Positions 1-9,512 of a stretch of 64,000 bases of DNA are shown here, piece by piece (within the stretch, counting starts at the first letter, position 1; each line of letters starts with the position of its first letter). The notes beneath the pieces were generated by a model. That model worked only from the letters and a program-made list of their open reading frames with translations. It was not told the DNA's origin and made no database searches. The stretch is from positions 288,001 through 352,000 of the forward strand of contig JBMNLH010000004.1 in the NCBI GenBank assembly GCA_050952625.1, in the 5' to 3' direction. The translations under genes were made by a program, and so were the position numbers. The DNA is from Bacillota bacterium. Lineage in GTDB: Bacteria > Bacillota > Ch66 > Ch109.

Positions 1-1
1 G

Positions 2-799
2 CTAGAGAGGATAATTGAACTAGCGGAGGTTAAGACTGAGGACCGGGTCTTAGAAATCGGGCCCGGTCTAGGGGCCTTAACCCAGCATTTAGCGGAAAAA
101 GCCGGTCAAGTAGTAGCAGTCGAGGTTGATGTCTCGTTGTTTCCTCTATTGCGTGAGACCTTGGCTAGGTTTTCGAATATCCGACTAGTTGCCGGCGATA
201 TCTTAAAGCTGAACCTGGACGAAATTATGCAGCAAGAGAGACTGGTGAAAGATGGACCAACCTCACCTTTGACCTACAAAGTTGTCGGTAATTTACCCTA
301 CTATATAACTAGTCCGATTATTATGGGTATCCTTGAAGGAGGTTACCAGATCGAAAGTCTGGTCGTAATGATTCAAAAAGAGGTGGCTGAGCGTCTGGTC
401 GCTCGGCCGGGCACTAAAGAATACGGGCTCCTGAGTGTTGGGGTTCAGTATTATGCGGAAGTGTTTCCAGGCGGTATTGTTGGTCGAGATGCTTTTTGGC
501 CGCGACCCGAAGTTGATTCGGCCTTAGTCAAACTGATCCCCCGTCAGGAACCGGCAGTTAAAGTGGATAGTCAGGAGTTTTTCTTTTGGACCGCCAAGGC
601 CGCTTTTGGTCAAAGGAGAAAAACTCTACTCAATGCTCTTATGGGTGCTCCTGGGACTCAGGGAATAAAACGGGAAATAATCGAAAAGACCCTGGTAAAC
701 ATCGGGATAGACCCTCGTCGGCGCGGGGAAACCCTAAGCCTGACAGAGTTAGCTGAGATAAGTAATCATCTGTACCCATTAATTCGAACAGGGAGGTAG
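2..799 (+). CDS. rsmA: 16S rRNA (A1518/A1519) dimethyltransferase RsmA/KsgA, 5' end outside the window
   Basis: Frame is open from position 2 (LEIGPGLGALT SAM-binding motif); VVGNLPYYITSPI, MIQKEVAERL, AAFGQRRKTLLNAL and RRGETLS motifs. Confidence 0.97.
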   Translation, partial: LERIIELAEVKTEDRVLEIGPGLGALTQHLAEKAGQVVAVEVDVSLFPLLRETLARFSNIRLVAGDILKLNLDEIMQQERLVKDGPTSPLTYKVVGNLPYYITSPIIMGILEGGYQIESLVVMIQKEVAERLVARPGTKEYGLLSVGVQYYAEVFPGGIVGRDAFWPRPEVDSALVKLIPRQEPAVKVDSQEFFFWTAKAAFGQRRKTLLNALMGAPGTQGIKREIIEKTLVNIGIDPRRRGETLSLTELAEISNHLYPLIRTGR

Positions 800-802
800 T
801 CG

Positions 803-1270
803 ATGTTTATCAGCCCAACCAGAGGTAGAATGACCTGTGAGGAAATGCTGGCCGATATCGTAGATTATATGCTGGCAGCGATTGAGTATCAATACAAGAT
901 TATTGTGGGGACTGACTCTCAGATGCGGGAGGAGACCTGTCTGGTTACGGCTGTGGTTGTTCATCGGGTAGGTAAAGGGGCTAGATACTATTACCGTAAG
1001 AAAAAACATCGACGGATGCAAAGTCTGCGACAGCGGCTTTTTTATGAGGCAGCTCTTAGCCTGGAGACAGCTAGTCGCCTTACTTCTCTGCTGGCGGAAA
1101 AAGGCTATGCAGATTTAGATCTAGAAATCCATCTTGACGTGGGGCCTAAAGGAGAGACCAAGGAGATGATTCGTGAGCTAGTAGGGATGATCGTGGGCAG
1201 CGGGTTTGATGCCCGGATCAAACCGGACTCCTTTGGAGCTTCAAAAGTAGCTGATAAACACACCAAATAA
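803..1270 (+). CDS. RNase H-like YkuK family (DUF458) protein
   Basis: IVGTDSQ, LEIHLDVG and IKPDSFGASKVADKHTK motifs; RBS GGGAGG upstream. Confidence 0.85.
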   Translation: MFISPTRGRMTCEEMLADIVDYMLAAIEYQYKIIVGTDSQMREETCLVTAVVVHRVGKGARYYYRKKKHRRMQSLRQRLFYEAALSLETASRLTSLLAEKGYADLDLEIHLDVGPKGETKEMIRELVGMIVGSGFDARIKPDSFGASKVADKHTK

Positions 1271-1394
1271 CTCAGCCACGGGGACGTTCTTCCGGCCGGT
1301 TGTGAGACCGGTGACGCTCATGTTATCACTCGGTTGGTGGGTTTATTATCTCTAATATTCCGGATTTTTGAAGGATCTTGTCAGAAGTTTGAAG

Positions 1395-1464
1395 TTGACT
1401 TGCCTGGCTGGTTTTTGTATAATATTACGTCCAAGTTGACAAAATATGCAGTCTGTATTAGAAT
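1395..1464 (+). promoter_or_regulatory. Two tandem sigma-A-like promoters for veg
   Basis: TTGACT-17-TATAAT (1395-1423) and TTGACA-17-TAGAAT (1436-1464). Confidence 0.7.
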
Positions 1465-1485
1465 AGGAGGAGACCACGAAAGAAG

Positions 1486-1767
1486 GTGATGTTTTTGGCT
1501 CCCAAAAAAGTCCTGGCGGAGATTAAACAAGACTTAGACTCCTTTGTCGGTAACAAGATTCGCTTAAAAGCCAATCGGGGCCGGAATAAAGTGGTGGAGC
1601 GAGTGGGAGTTTTGGAGAGGACCTACCCTAACATCTTTGTGGTAAGATTGGATGAAAAAAGGTCTGAACGACGGGTTTCCTACAGTTACTCCGATGTTTT
1701 AACTGAAACGGTGGAACTGGTAGTGTGTCACCAAGATGGCGACATCCGGATTGTAGGAGCTCGTTAA
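1486..1767 (+). CDS. veg: Veg family protein
   Basis: LKANRGRNK, GVLERTYPNIFVV and RVSYSYSDVLTETVEL motifs; usual position after ksgA. Confidence 0.95.
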   Translation: MMFLAPKKVLAEIKQDLDSFVGNKIRLKANRGRNKVVERVGVLERTYPNIFVVRLDEKRSERRVSYSYSDVLTETVELVVCHQDGDIRIVGAR

Positions 1768-1954
1768 AACTTAGACGTTACTAATTTACAACAACTTTTT
1801 GCCAAAAACTTTATCACCAGGATGTCATGCTTCACGGTATCTTAAAGGCAACGGAATTAATTCCGTTGCCTTATTTAATGGTGCTACATATGATATTGAG
1901 AACGATACAAACGATAATATAGAAATATCTTGAGCGGATAGGCTGGGTGTGTGA

Positions 1955-2902
1955 TTGGGGCAGGTGAGTTTGGTGCAACCAGTAGTGCTTAAATTCGGCG
2001 GTCCGGCTTTGGGTCTGGTCTTAAGTGGGGGAGGCCTTAAAGGAGTTGCGCATATTGGAGTTCTGAAGGTTTTAGAGGAAAACGGGCTATATCCCCAAAT
2101 GATTGCCGGCACCAGTGCCGGGTCGATTATCGCTGCCTTGTATGCGGCCGGGGTACGACCACAAGAAATGGAGGAGGCAGCATATCAGTTAAAAAACAGC
2201 GACATCCTGGACTGGAGTTTTGGGATTAGTACCGCCGTCAGCTTGGCGGTCCAGAGTCTTTGCAGTTGGGTGCCTTTTCTGCATAATAAGGCACCGGAGG
2301 GTTTAATCCGGGGAAAAAAGATTGAATCCTTGGTTGGCCGTTTAACTGACCGAAAAAGAACCGACCATGTTTCCTTACCATTAGCAATTGTCGCCACGGA
2401 TATTGATACCGGCGAAAGAATCGTTTTTACTAATTGGCGGCATGCTCCGACAGTTCCGGTCAATGGGACCTGTTTTGTCCAACAGGTACCTTTGGCGATG
2501 GCAGTGCGCGCTAGTATTGCCATTCCCGGCGTTTTTGAACCGGTTTATTTTGCCGGGCGAACCCTGGTCGATGGGGGATTGGTAGATAATGTTCCGGTAG
2601 ATATCATGCATTGGATGGGAGCAGATCCAATAATCGCCGTTAATTTGGGTTTTCATCAACCCGGTTATAAAACAAAGAACGTTCTTAATATTTTGATGCG
2701 TTCCTTAGATATTTTGATCAGTGAAACATCAGATGTCGAATTAAAAAACTTAGCCAGTCTGGTAATAACTCCGCCAATAACTGGGGTTGGCCTGGGCGAT
2801 GTTGACAAGATTCCGGAATGTATCGAAATAGGGGCTCAAAGTACCCGTAAGGCTGTCCCGATGATTAAGCGGATGCTACAGGTCAGGAAAGTAGCCCAAT
2901 AG
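1955..2902 (+). CDS. Patatin-like phospholipase
   Basis: LSGGGLKG oxyanion motif, GTSAG nucleophile, DGG catalytic motif. Confidence 0.9.
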   Translation: MGQVSLVQPVVLKFGGPALGLVLSGGGLKGVAHIGVLKVLEENGLYPQMIAGTSAGSIIAALYAAGVRPQEMEEAAYQLKNSDILDWSFGISTAVSLAVQSLCSWVPFLHNKAPEGLIRGKKIESLVGRLTDRKRTDHVSLPLAIVATDIDTGERIVFTNWRHAPTVPVNGTCFVQQVPLAMAVRASIAIPGVFEPVYFAGRTLVDGGLVDNVPVDIMHWMGADPIIAVNLGFHQPGYKTKNVLNILMRSLDILISETSDVELKNLASLVITPPITGVGLGDVDKIPECIEIGAQSTRKAVPMIKRMLQVRKVAQ

Positions 2903-2904
2903 GA

Positions 2905-2931
2905 ACCATTTGGCTGTGACAAACATACTAT
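2905..2931 (+). promoter_or_regulatory. Possible mother-cell (sigma-K-like) promoter upstream of the interrupted RHH gene
   Basis: AC at 2905-2906, 17-bp spacer, CATACTAT at 2924-2931 fits AC-N16/18-CATAnnnT; short motif that could be chance. Confidence 0.3.
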
Positions 2932-3043
2932 GTAGAAAAAATACGTTGGTTGACAGGAGAATCCACCACCGGTTTACCTTGACTGGAGGGAAAGTATTAA
3001 CAATCTAACAACCTGGCCTGACGCATCGGAGAGGGGGGGGACC

Positions 3044-3086
3044 GTGGCTACTGAAAAATTTGAACATGTTACTTTTTACCTGACCA
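3044..3086 (+). pseudogene. 5' half of an interrupted ribbon-helix-helix (CopG-like) gene (MATEKFEHVTFYLT...)
   Basis: G-rich RBS (GGAGAGGGGGGG), GTG at 3044; in the integrated state it stops at TAA 3089-3091; it joins in frame to 23179-23304 through the shared core CTGACCA. Confidence 0.88.
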
Positions 3087-4620
3087 GATAACAATTATTG
3101 CGCAAAATACCGGTGTTGATTCTATAGGTTACCTTAACCACAGGTACCTTGGGGTTTTCCCGACTGGGAAAGACCTCGATTTGATCGACCAACATCTTAA
3201 ATAGATCGTGTTTTACTTCATCCTCAGCCGCATTGATTATCTCTCCGATTTCATCAGCGATATCTTGCAGTTCCATACCCAGGTTAACAGTTTCTTGTTT
3301 TTCCTGTTGCTGTTTTAGCAACTGCTTTTCTCTGTTTTCAAGAGTTTTTAAATCGCGATTCCTTTCTTCGATATTGGAAAGGATATCGCTCTCAGAAACT
3401 ACGCCCTTGGCGAATAGGTCCAATAGTTTCTTTTTCTCCTGGGCCAGGGTTTTTTGGGCCTCTCTAATCTGGTGCAGTTCTTCATCCAGATTTACCGGGT
3501 TCACTGTTTCTTGTTCCAGATATTCAGCTACTTCTTTAGCTAATCTTCGCGGGTTGGCAAAGAAGTTTTTAATTTCATCCCAGATAATATTTTCTATGAT
3601 TTCTGCCGGCAGCCCGGGAGAATTACAAGTTGCATTACCAGGTAGTTTTTTTCGATGGTTGCAGCGATAATAGAAAAATTTGCCCTTATTACACGAGGTT
3701 CCGTTATAAGAACTCCCGCAGATGCCGCATTTTATTAATCCGCGCAGGAGATATTTTTTATAACTACCGGCCGGCTGAGACATAATTTTTCGCTCCTTTG
3801 CGATTTGTTGGGCCTTTTCAAATTCCTGCATTTCTATTATGACCGGAATAGGGATGTTGATCCGTTCTTGCCCGGGTGGTTTATAGGGGTACAGGCCGTT
3901 AGCATAAAATTTTGACTTAAGAATTTTTAGAACCGAATAAGAGCACCAACCGTGTTTCGAGCGAGGCAGATACCAGTCACCCTTAAAAGTAGCTGGAGAT
4001 GGTTTTCTATTGGCGTTCAAATAATCGACAATGGCCTGAAGACCCATTTCATCTTCGTTATAAAGCTTGAAGATTAAGCGAATGATTTCGGCTTGTTCTG
4101 GTGATATTTCAAGCTTTTTATTGTTTATGTAGTAACCAAATGGAATGTTTCCCTGGGGGAAAAAACCGTTACGCGCGTGACGCACCTTGCCTTCTGTAAA
4201 CCGCTGTTTAATTACCGCGCGGTCATAGGCGGCAAAGGTGGAAAACATACTGGCCATCAGCTGACCAGAAGGCTCAAAGTAGTTAAAAGGTTCATTGATT
4301 GAAATGAGGGATACGCCGGCTTTTTTAAAAAGCTGATATATCTCCTGGGCGACAAATTCATCTCTGGCCAGCCGGTCCACTCTTAGGATCAAGACTTGTG
4401 TTATTTTGCCCTCTAAGATGTCCAGGAGCATGCGTGAGCCTTCCGGACGGTCGCGCAAGGGTATAGTACCACTAATGCCGTCATCCTTGAACCAGTTATC
4501 TTCCAGGATCACAATATTCTGACGATCACAGTATTCTTTTATATTTTGGATTTGGGCCTGGATGTTGTCTCCCTTGGCTTGCTCTTCCGTGGAGACCCGG
4601 CAGTAAGCAGCATAGGACAT
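3076..4620 (-). CDS. Large serine recombinase (integrase)
   Basis: N-terminal YCRVSTEEQ catalytic motif, DDGISG, RVDRLAR, PFGY recombinase domain, LLRGLIKCGICG/YYRC zinc ribbon, coiled coil, LVDQIEV tail. Confidence 0.96.
   Translation of the reverse strand: MSYAAYCRVSTEEQAKGDNIQAQIQNIKEYCDRQNIVILEDNWFKDDGISGTIPLRDRPEGSRMLLDILEGKITQVLILRVDRLARDEFVAQEIYQLFKKAGVSLISINEPFNYFEPSGQLMASMFSTFAAYDRAVIKQRFTEGKVRHARNGFFPQGNIPFGYYINNKKLEISPEQAEIIRLIFKLYNEDEMGLQAIVDYLNANRKPSPATFKGDWYLPRSKHGWCSYSVLKILKSKFYANGLYPYKPPGQERINIPIPVIIEMQEFEKAQQIAKERKIMSQPAGSYKKYLLRGLIKCGICGSSYNGTSCNKGKFFYYRCNHRKKLPGNATCNSPGLPAEIIENIIWDEIKNFFANPRRLAKEVAEYLEQETVNPVNLDEELHQIREAQKTLAQEKKKLLDLFAKGVVSESDILSNIEERNRDLKTLENREKQLLKQQQEKQETVNLGMELQDIADEIGEIINAAEDEVKHDLFKMLVDQIEVFPSRENPKVPVVKVTYRINTGILRNNCYLVR
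3080..3106. other. attL (core CTGACCA plus element arm GATAACAATTATTGCGCAAA)
   Basis: Arm is the reverse complement of the attR element arm at 17/22 positions around the central AC (3083-3084). Confidence 0.88.
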
Positions 4621-4868
4621 AGCAGAACCATTCCTTTATTTTTTATCATTTTAACATATTAAAAAACAGTGTCTATTATCTTAGCTGGCTTATTTTAACA
4701 TCCAGCGGAATCCAGTTATTGTAAACAAAGTAAAGCTGATGTAAAATTAAATAAAATTTTAGTAACATATCGATTATTGCATTTGAGAAAAAACCTCAAA
4801 TAGAGTTGTGAGCTATTCCCTTTTGGGGCATAATAGAGTTGTATAGGTAGGTAATAGGGGGTTCTGAA

Positions 4869-6188
4869 ATGCTAATTAATTATTCGTTTTCAAATTTTAG
4901 ATCCTTTAAAAACAGGACATCTCTTTCTATGTTAGCAGGAACACAAACAACTATGAATGAAAATCTAATTAGACAGGATGGTTATCGCATTATTCCATCT
5001 GTTGTTATTTATGGGGCTAATGCAAGTGGTAAGTCAAACATTATTATGTCTCTTGCGGTAATGAAGGAGATTATCTTAGCAGGATCTTTAGAATCCAATG
5101 TTCCGAACCTAAATAATCTTGAGATGTGCCCTTTTGCCCATAGTGATGATAAGAAGGCTATGTCTTTTGAGATAGAGTTCACCAACAAAGGATATCATCT
5201 TATTTATGGTTTTGAGGTTTTGTGCTCATTGTTTAAAAAAGATGTCAGAAGGATTCTTTCCGAAAATTTATCTATTGTAGACAACAAGTCCAAAAAGTCC
5301 AATCAAGTTAAGTTGTTTGCGCGAAATTCCGATGGCGTAATAATAATGAAAGATAAAGAAGCTCTAAATATTATCGAGTTTGATGAGAAACTTCTGGGGG
5401 AATTTGAAAAGAAAATTAATTCTAATCTTGATGATACCGAGCTTTTTCTATCAAGGGCCTTTAAGAGTACCATTAACAATGAACTTGCAGAGGCAGTAAT
5501 TGATTTCTTTAAAGACGAATTGGTTGTAGTTAGCGATTTTACCCTAAAGAAAGCAAATCTAACGTTTTCCCTTGAAGATTTGCCTAATAAAGATTTTTTT
5601 GCTTGGAACAAGATATTAGAAGGATTTGTGAAGATTGCAGACTTTGGGCCACAGAGCATTGCATTTAAATCGAATAAGTCGGACAATGAAAAATCTGCCG
5701 ACATGGAACTAGTCTCCATCTATCGGTATAAGGATAAAAATGCAGTAGTGATTCCAGCAGAATTAATGGAATCAAGAGGGACGCTGAAATTACTCGATTT
5801 TGCTATCCCTTTTGAATCGCTCTTTTCTTCCGGAGGTGTTTTTGTTCTTGATGAATTCGATGCAGCCATTCACCCCGAACTTATTAAAGGCATCATTGCA
5901 TTATTTAATGACCAGACTATCAATAAAAATGGAGCACAGCTAATATTCACCACCCATAACCCGATCTATTTAAACAATAAAATCTTCCGGAGAGACCAGA
6001 TAAGGTTTGTAGAAAAAGACCAGGATACTTTCGAGAGTGTGATATATTCCTTGGCCGACTTTGGTTCAAAGGAAATTCGAAATGACCATAATTACTTGAT
6101 TAATTATTTTAAAGGCAATTATGGAGCATTACCCTTCATCGATTTTTCCAAATTGCTGAGCAAAAGTGCTAGCGAGGAGGAAGAATAA
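4869..6188 (+). CDS. AAA_21-type ATPase, RloA/AbiLi-like
   Basis: NFRSFK N-terminus, Walker A GANASGKS, ESRGT, Walker B VLDEFDAAIHP, QLIFTTHN, FRRDQIRFVEK, YFKGNYGALP. Confidence 0.88.
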   Translation: MLINYSFSNFRSFKNRTSLSMLAGTQTTMNENLIRQDGYRIIPSVVIYGANASGKSNIIMSLAVMKEIILAGSLESNVPNLNNLEMCPFAHSDDKKAMSFEIEFTNKGYHLIYGFEVLCSLFKKDVRRILSENLSIVDNKSKKSNQVKLFARNSDGVIIMKDKEALNIIEFDEKLLGEFEKKINSNLDDTELFLSRAFKSTINNELAEAVIDFFKDELVVVSDFTLKKANLTFSLEDLPNKDFFAWNKILEGFVKIADFGPQSIAFKSNKSDNEKSADMELVSIYRYKDKNAVVIPAELMESRGTLKLLDFAIPFESLFSSGGVFVLDEFDAAIHPELIKGIIALFNDQTINKNGAQLIFTTHNPIYLNNKIFRRDQIRFVEKDQDTFESVIYSLADFGSKEIRNDHNYLINYFKGNYGALPFIDFSKLLSKSASEEEE

Positions 6189-6794
6189 ATGGCGTTCTAT
6201 CGAAAAAATTATTTTTGTATTTGTGATGGTCAGCAAGAAGAAATGTACCTGGACCATGTGGCTACACTCATAAAAGTTTTTCCAAAGAGGGTTGTAAAAT
6301 TTAATACAACAGTTGGCAATATTGATCTATTAAAGAGGACATATGTGGATTATGATAGAGCAGCGTTTTTTGATCATGATTTTAATGATAATGAATTCCA
6401 AAGAAATATAATACTTTGTAACCAGTTTAATCGACAGAGAGGGAGATCCACATACCATGCGTTTAGCAATGTAAACTTTGATCTATGGCTGATACTTCAT
6501 AAAGAAGAGTTTAATCGACCAGTTTTTAGCAATGATGCTTACCTGCCAGATGTTAGGAGAATTTATGGATTAGGGGCTACGGAAAATATAAAAAATAAAA
6601 GAACAATTAAGAAGATTCTTGATCAGATCACGTTAGAAGACGTTAAGAATGCTATTAGCCGAGCCAACCGGATTCGGGCTGAAAAGATCGATACAGACAA
6701 AAGAATGATCGGACCAACCATTTGTTATCCTAATCCTGATTTTTCGATCCATGAATTCTTAAAGGTAGTTTTAACTGATTGTGGAGAACTATGA
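6189..6794 (+). CDS. RloB/AbiLii-like protein
   Basis: Translationally coupled to the ATPase; CDGQQEEMYL, FFDHD and SNVNFDLWLILH resemble RloB motifs. Confidence 0.75.
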   Translation: MAFYRKNYFCICDGQQEEMYLDHVATLIKVFPKRVVKFNTTVGNIDLLKRTYVDYDRAAFFDHDFNDNEFQRNIILCNQFNRQRGRSTYHAFSNVNFDLWLILHKEEFNRPVFSNDAYLPDVRRIYGLGATENIKNKRTIKKILDQITLEDVKNAISRANRIRAEKIDTDKRMIGPTICYPNPDFSIHEFLKVVLTDCGEL

Positions 6795-6903
6795 TCTGGA
6801 GAGGTAGTAGATGAACCCGTTCCCTGGAAGGTTACGAACAAGGGAAAAATTCGGTAGGATTATTGGCTTTGATTAGAATAAGGACAGTCAGGTTGGGTTC
6901 TGG

Positions 6904-7263
6904 GTGAGGGGGGATTTTATAATGATATGGGAAGAAGTGAAAAAAGCATATTCTAATCAGTGGATAATCATCGAGGCTATTGAGGCTCATACAGAAGGGG
7001 ACAAAAGGGTTATTGCTCAAATGACCGTGGTTGATAATTTTCAAGACAATAATAAGGCTTTACTGCACTATTTGCAGTTGCACCGGAAGCATAGGGAGCG
7101 GGAACTCTATGTTGTTCATACTTCCCGTCCAGAATTAGATATAATTGAGCAGAAATCGATTGGAGTCAGGGCTGACATAGCGATTCCTCTTCGGGATCCG
7201 CATGAGTTCTATGACGACTGGGATGATCCGGCGGTGGATGCTAAATATGCTGAAACCTGGTGA
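6904..7263 (+). CDS. Hypothetical protein, probably chimeric (antitoxin-like C-terminal tail)
   Basis: ORF track; the tail EFYDDWDDPAVDAKY overlaps a short MLKPGDVV ORF start. Confidence 0.5.
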   Translation: MRGDFIMIWEEVKKAYSNQWIIIEAIEAHTEGDKRVIAQMTVVDNFQDNNKALLHYLQLHRKHRERELYVVHTSRPELDIIEQKSIGVRADIAIPLRDPHEFYDDWDDPAVDAKYAETW

Positions 7264-7314
7264 TGTAGTTGCAAATTACTCAGTTTTAACAACAACATAA
7301 TACTCCAAAGGGAG

Positions 7315-7641
7315 TTGATTAAGTTGTCCAAGGAAGAACTTTATCGCTTAGTCGCCCGGCTTCCAGAGCAAAACATAGCGCGAGCAAAAAAGTGTCTAGA
7401 AAGACTAGTAGAAAGGATGCCCCCTGAAAGCGCAGCTGTGCCAAGACTAGGCAATATTCCTTTCTATATCGACCCGCTTTGTCCGGAATGTGGTGCGGCT
7501 TTAGTGTTAGCAGATCCACTTAATAACCCAGATGTAAATGAAAATGAAATCTGGCACGACGAATTTATTTGTCCATCCTGCCGTGACGGTATTTACATGG
7601 ATTGGCCAGAAAGCGAAATTAAATCCATTATTGAGGAATAA
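7315..7641 (+). CDS. Hypothetical zinc-ribbon protein
   Basis: RBS GGGAG; CPEC...CPSC pairs. Confidence 0.6.
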   Translation: MIKLSKEELYRLVARLPEQNIARAKKCLERLVERMPPESAAVPRLGNIPFYIDPLCPECGAALVLADPLNNPDVNENEIWHDEFICPSCRDGIYMDWPESEIKSIIEE

Positions 7642-7661
7642 AACAAGGAAAAGTATTTGAC

Positions 7662-7703
7662 TAAACCCGGTAAAGAGTGTTGATTACCGGGTTTTTATTT
7701 TTA
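7662..7703 (+). terminator. Rho-independent terminator
   Basis: AAACCCGGTAA...TTACCGGGTTT hairpin followed by a T tract. Confidence 0.7.
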
Positions 7704-7815
7704 TTCGGGTTTCCAATCGGTTGTTTAGTCAAAATACATACTTTAAGAGTTTAAACTCGGCGTTTAACGTCGGGTTTTCTTTATTTATAAGCAACACAAA
7801 AAGGAGGGCAACACA

Positions 7816-8997
7816 TTGTTATTGTTTAATAAAACACCGTTAACCGTAAACTGCGAATTGGCTATGTTGATTGGACTCAATGAGTCTATAGTTGTTCAGC
7901 AGATTCATTATTGGATTAGAAAAAATCAAGAAAATAACATTAATTATTACGATGGGTACTATTGGACATACAATACATACGCTGACTGGCAAAAGCAATT
8001 TCCTTTTTGGTGCGAGAGAACGATCAAAAGGATTTTTCTATCTTTAGAGAGGAAAAACATTTTAATTTCAGATAATTTTAATCAGATGAAAAGAGACCGT
8101 ACAAAATGGTACCGAATCAATTATGAAGCATTGAATCAATTATATTTACAGGCAACGGAAAAACCGCATAACAGCGAATCGGGCCAAAATGGATCGACGG
8201 GTTGGAAACCCCGAAAACTGCGTGGCCACGCATCTGAACAAATTGGTACCATGCATCAGATCAATTTTACCCCATCCATCGGGACAAATTGTCACTATGG
8301 AACGGGACAAGTTGACCCGATGGGTGGGGACAAGTTGTCCCCACCATTACCAGAGACTAACACAGAGATTACTACAGAGACTAACAACAACAACATAACC
8401 GGGACCCGGTACCGGGTCCCGGAAGAGAAAACTAAAAATCCGATCGATGATGATGTTGTTGAACCAAGGGGTAACTCTACTTTAGACAATGTAATAAATT
8501 CCCAATCTGTAAAAACAGCAGCTGCAAAAGAGCAGCATCCTCAGCATTCGTTAACTGATTATCCAAAACTGCATTGTAAAAAAATATCTCCTTTTTCCGA
8601 TCGAGCTATGCAAAGCCGAGAGGATGAACAATCGGAAGAAATAAGGGAATTCTGGCCACAACTAGCTCAAGAAATAAACAGGGTCAGGAGTTTTTTGCGT
8701 GATAATGGGATCCGGCTTGAAGTGAATCGCAAGGCGGATAATGCCTGTTATGAACTCGCGAAATATTCTAACGAGCAGCTTGCTGTACTGGCTCAGGAGC
8801 TTCTGGCCAGAGAGGCGAAAGGCGAGATATTAAATGCTTCTGGATTATTGGTTTCTGCGCCTGGCGTTATAGCGTATATCCTAAAAGGGCCGTTCAATAA
8901 CAGTTTTAACCACGCAAGAAGTTTTTTTGATGGCAGAGGAAGGGAGGCTCAGATCAAAGCAAAAGAGGATAAATATCGCGATATTTATGTTACGTAA
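7816..8997 (+). CDS. Phage/ICE-type replication initiator (N-terminal winged helix)
   Basis: IGLNESIVVQQIHYW, DGYYWTYNTYADWQKQFPFW and DRTKWYRINY are typical of phage Rep N-termini; internal iterons; RBS AAGGAGG. Confidence 0.85.
   Translation: MLLFNKTPLTVNCELAMLIGLNESIVVQQIHYWIRKNQENNINYYDGYYWTYNTYADWQKQFPFWCERTIKRIFLSLERKNILISDNFNQMKRDRTKWYRINYEALNQLYLQATEKPHNSESGQNGSTGWKPRKLRGHASEQIGTMHQINFTPSIGTNCHYGTGQVDPMGGDKLSPPLPETNTEITTETNNNNITGTRYRVPEEKTKNPIDDDVVEPRGNSTLDNVINSQSVKTAAAKEQHPQHSLTDYPKLHCKKISPFSDRAMQSREDEQSEEIREFWPQLAQEINRVRSFLRDNGIRLEVNRKADNACYELAKYSNEQLAVLAQELLAREAKGEILNASGLLVSAPGVIAYILKGPFNNSFNHARSFFDGRGREAQIKAKEDKYRDIYVT
8235..8422. repeat. Iteron array and palindrome: putative replication origin inside rep
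   Basis: GGGACAA(A/G)TTG repeats at 8281, 8304 and 8327, degenerate copies at 8235 and 8258 (23-bp period); perfect 24-bp palindrome 8399-8422. Confidence 0.75.
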
Positions 8998-9119
8998 GAC
9001 TTTTTTATGTTTAAGGAAAACCAAATCTTGTAAATTGAGTAGAATTAGTATACACTAAAAGCAAGATAACCGAATAGGGCCATAACAGAGCGAAACAAAA
9101 AGATAGGAGTGGTAATTTA

Positions 9120-9512
9120 ATGCCTGGGCCGGCTGAAGAGTGGTTAACTCAATCAGCTTATGATTTAGACACTGCCAAAGCGATGCTCAAAACTGAGCGT
9201 TATATATACGTTGTATTCATGTGTCACTTAGCACTCGAAAAAGCGTTGAAAGGTTTATTTACTGTGGTCACCAACGGGCCACCTCCAAGGACACATAACT
9301 TGGTCCAACTTGCCAAAGTAACGCAACCTCGGCTTAATAAAGAACAGAATGCTTTTCTAGTAACGATTAATACTTTAAGTGTGACTACCCGCTACCCTGA
9401 TGATTTAAGTAAAGCGTTGAAAGAATTTAACCGGGAACAGGTGGAAAACTTCGTTGGCATGGCAGAAGAGGTGATTAGATGCATCCGGAAAGATCCCAGA
9501 TTGAGCAAATAA
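9120..9512 (+). CDS. HEPN domain protein (toxin of a HEPN/MNT pair)
   Basis: WLTQSAYDL, CHLALEKALK, PPRTHNL and TRYPD motifs. Confidence 0.9.
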   Translation: MPGPAEEWLTQSAYDLDTAKAMLKTERYIYVVFMCHLALEKALKGLFTVVTNGPPPRTHNLVQLAKVTQPRLNKEQNAFLVTINTLSVTTRYPDDLSKALKEFNREQVENFVGMAEEVIRCIRKDPRLSK

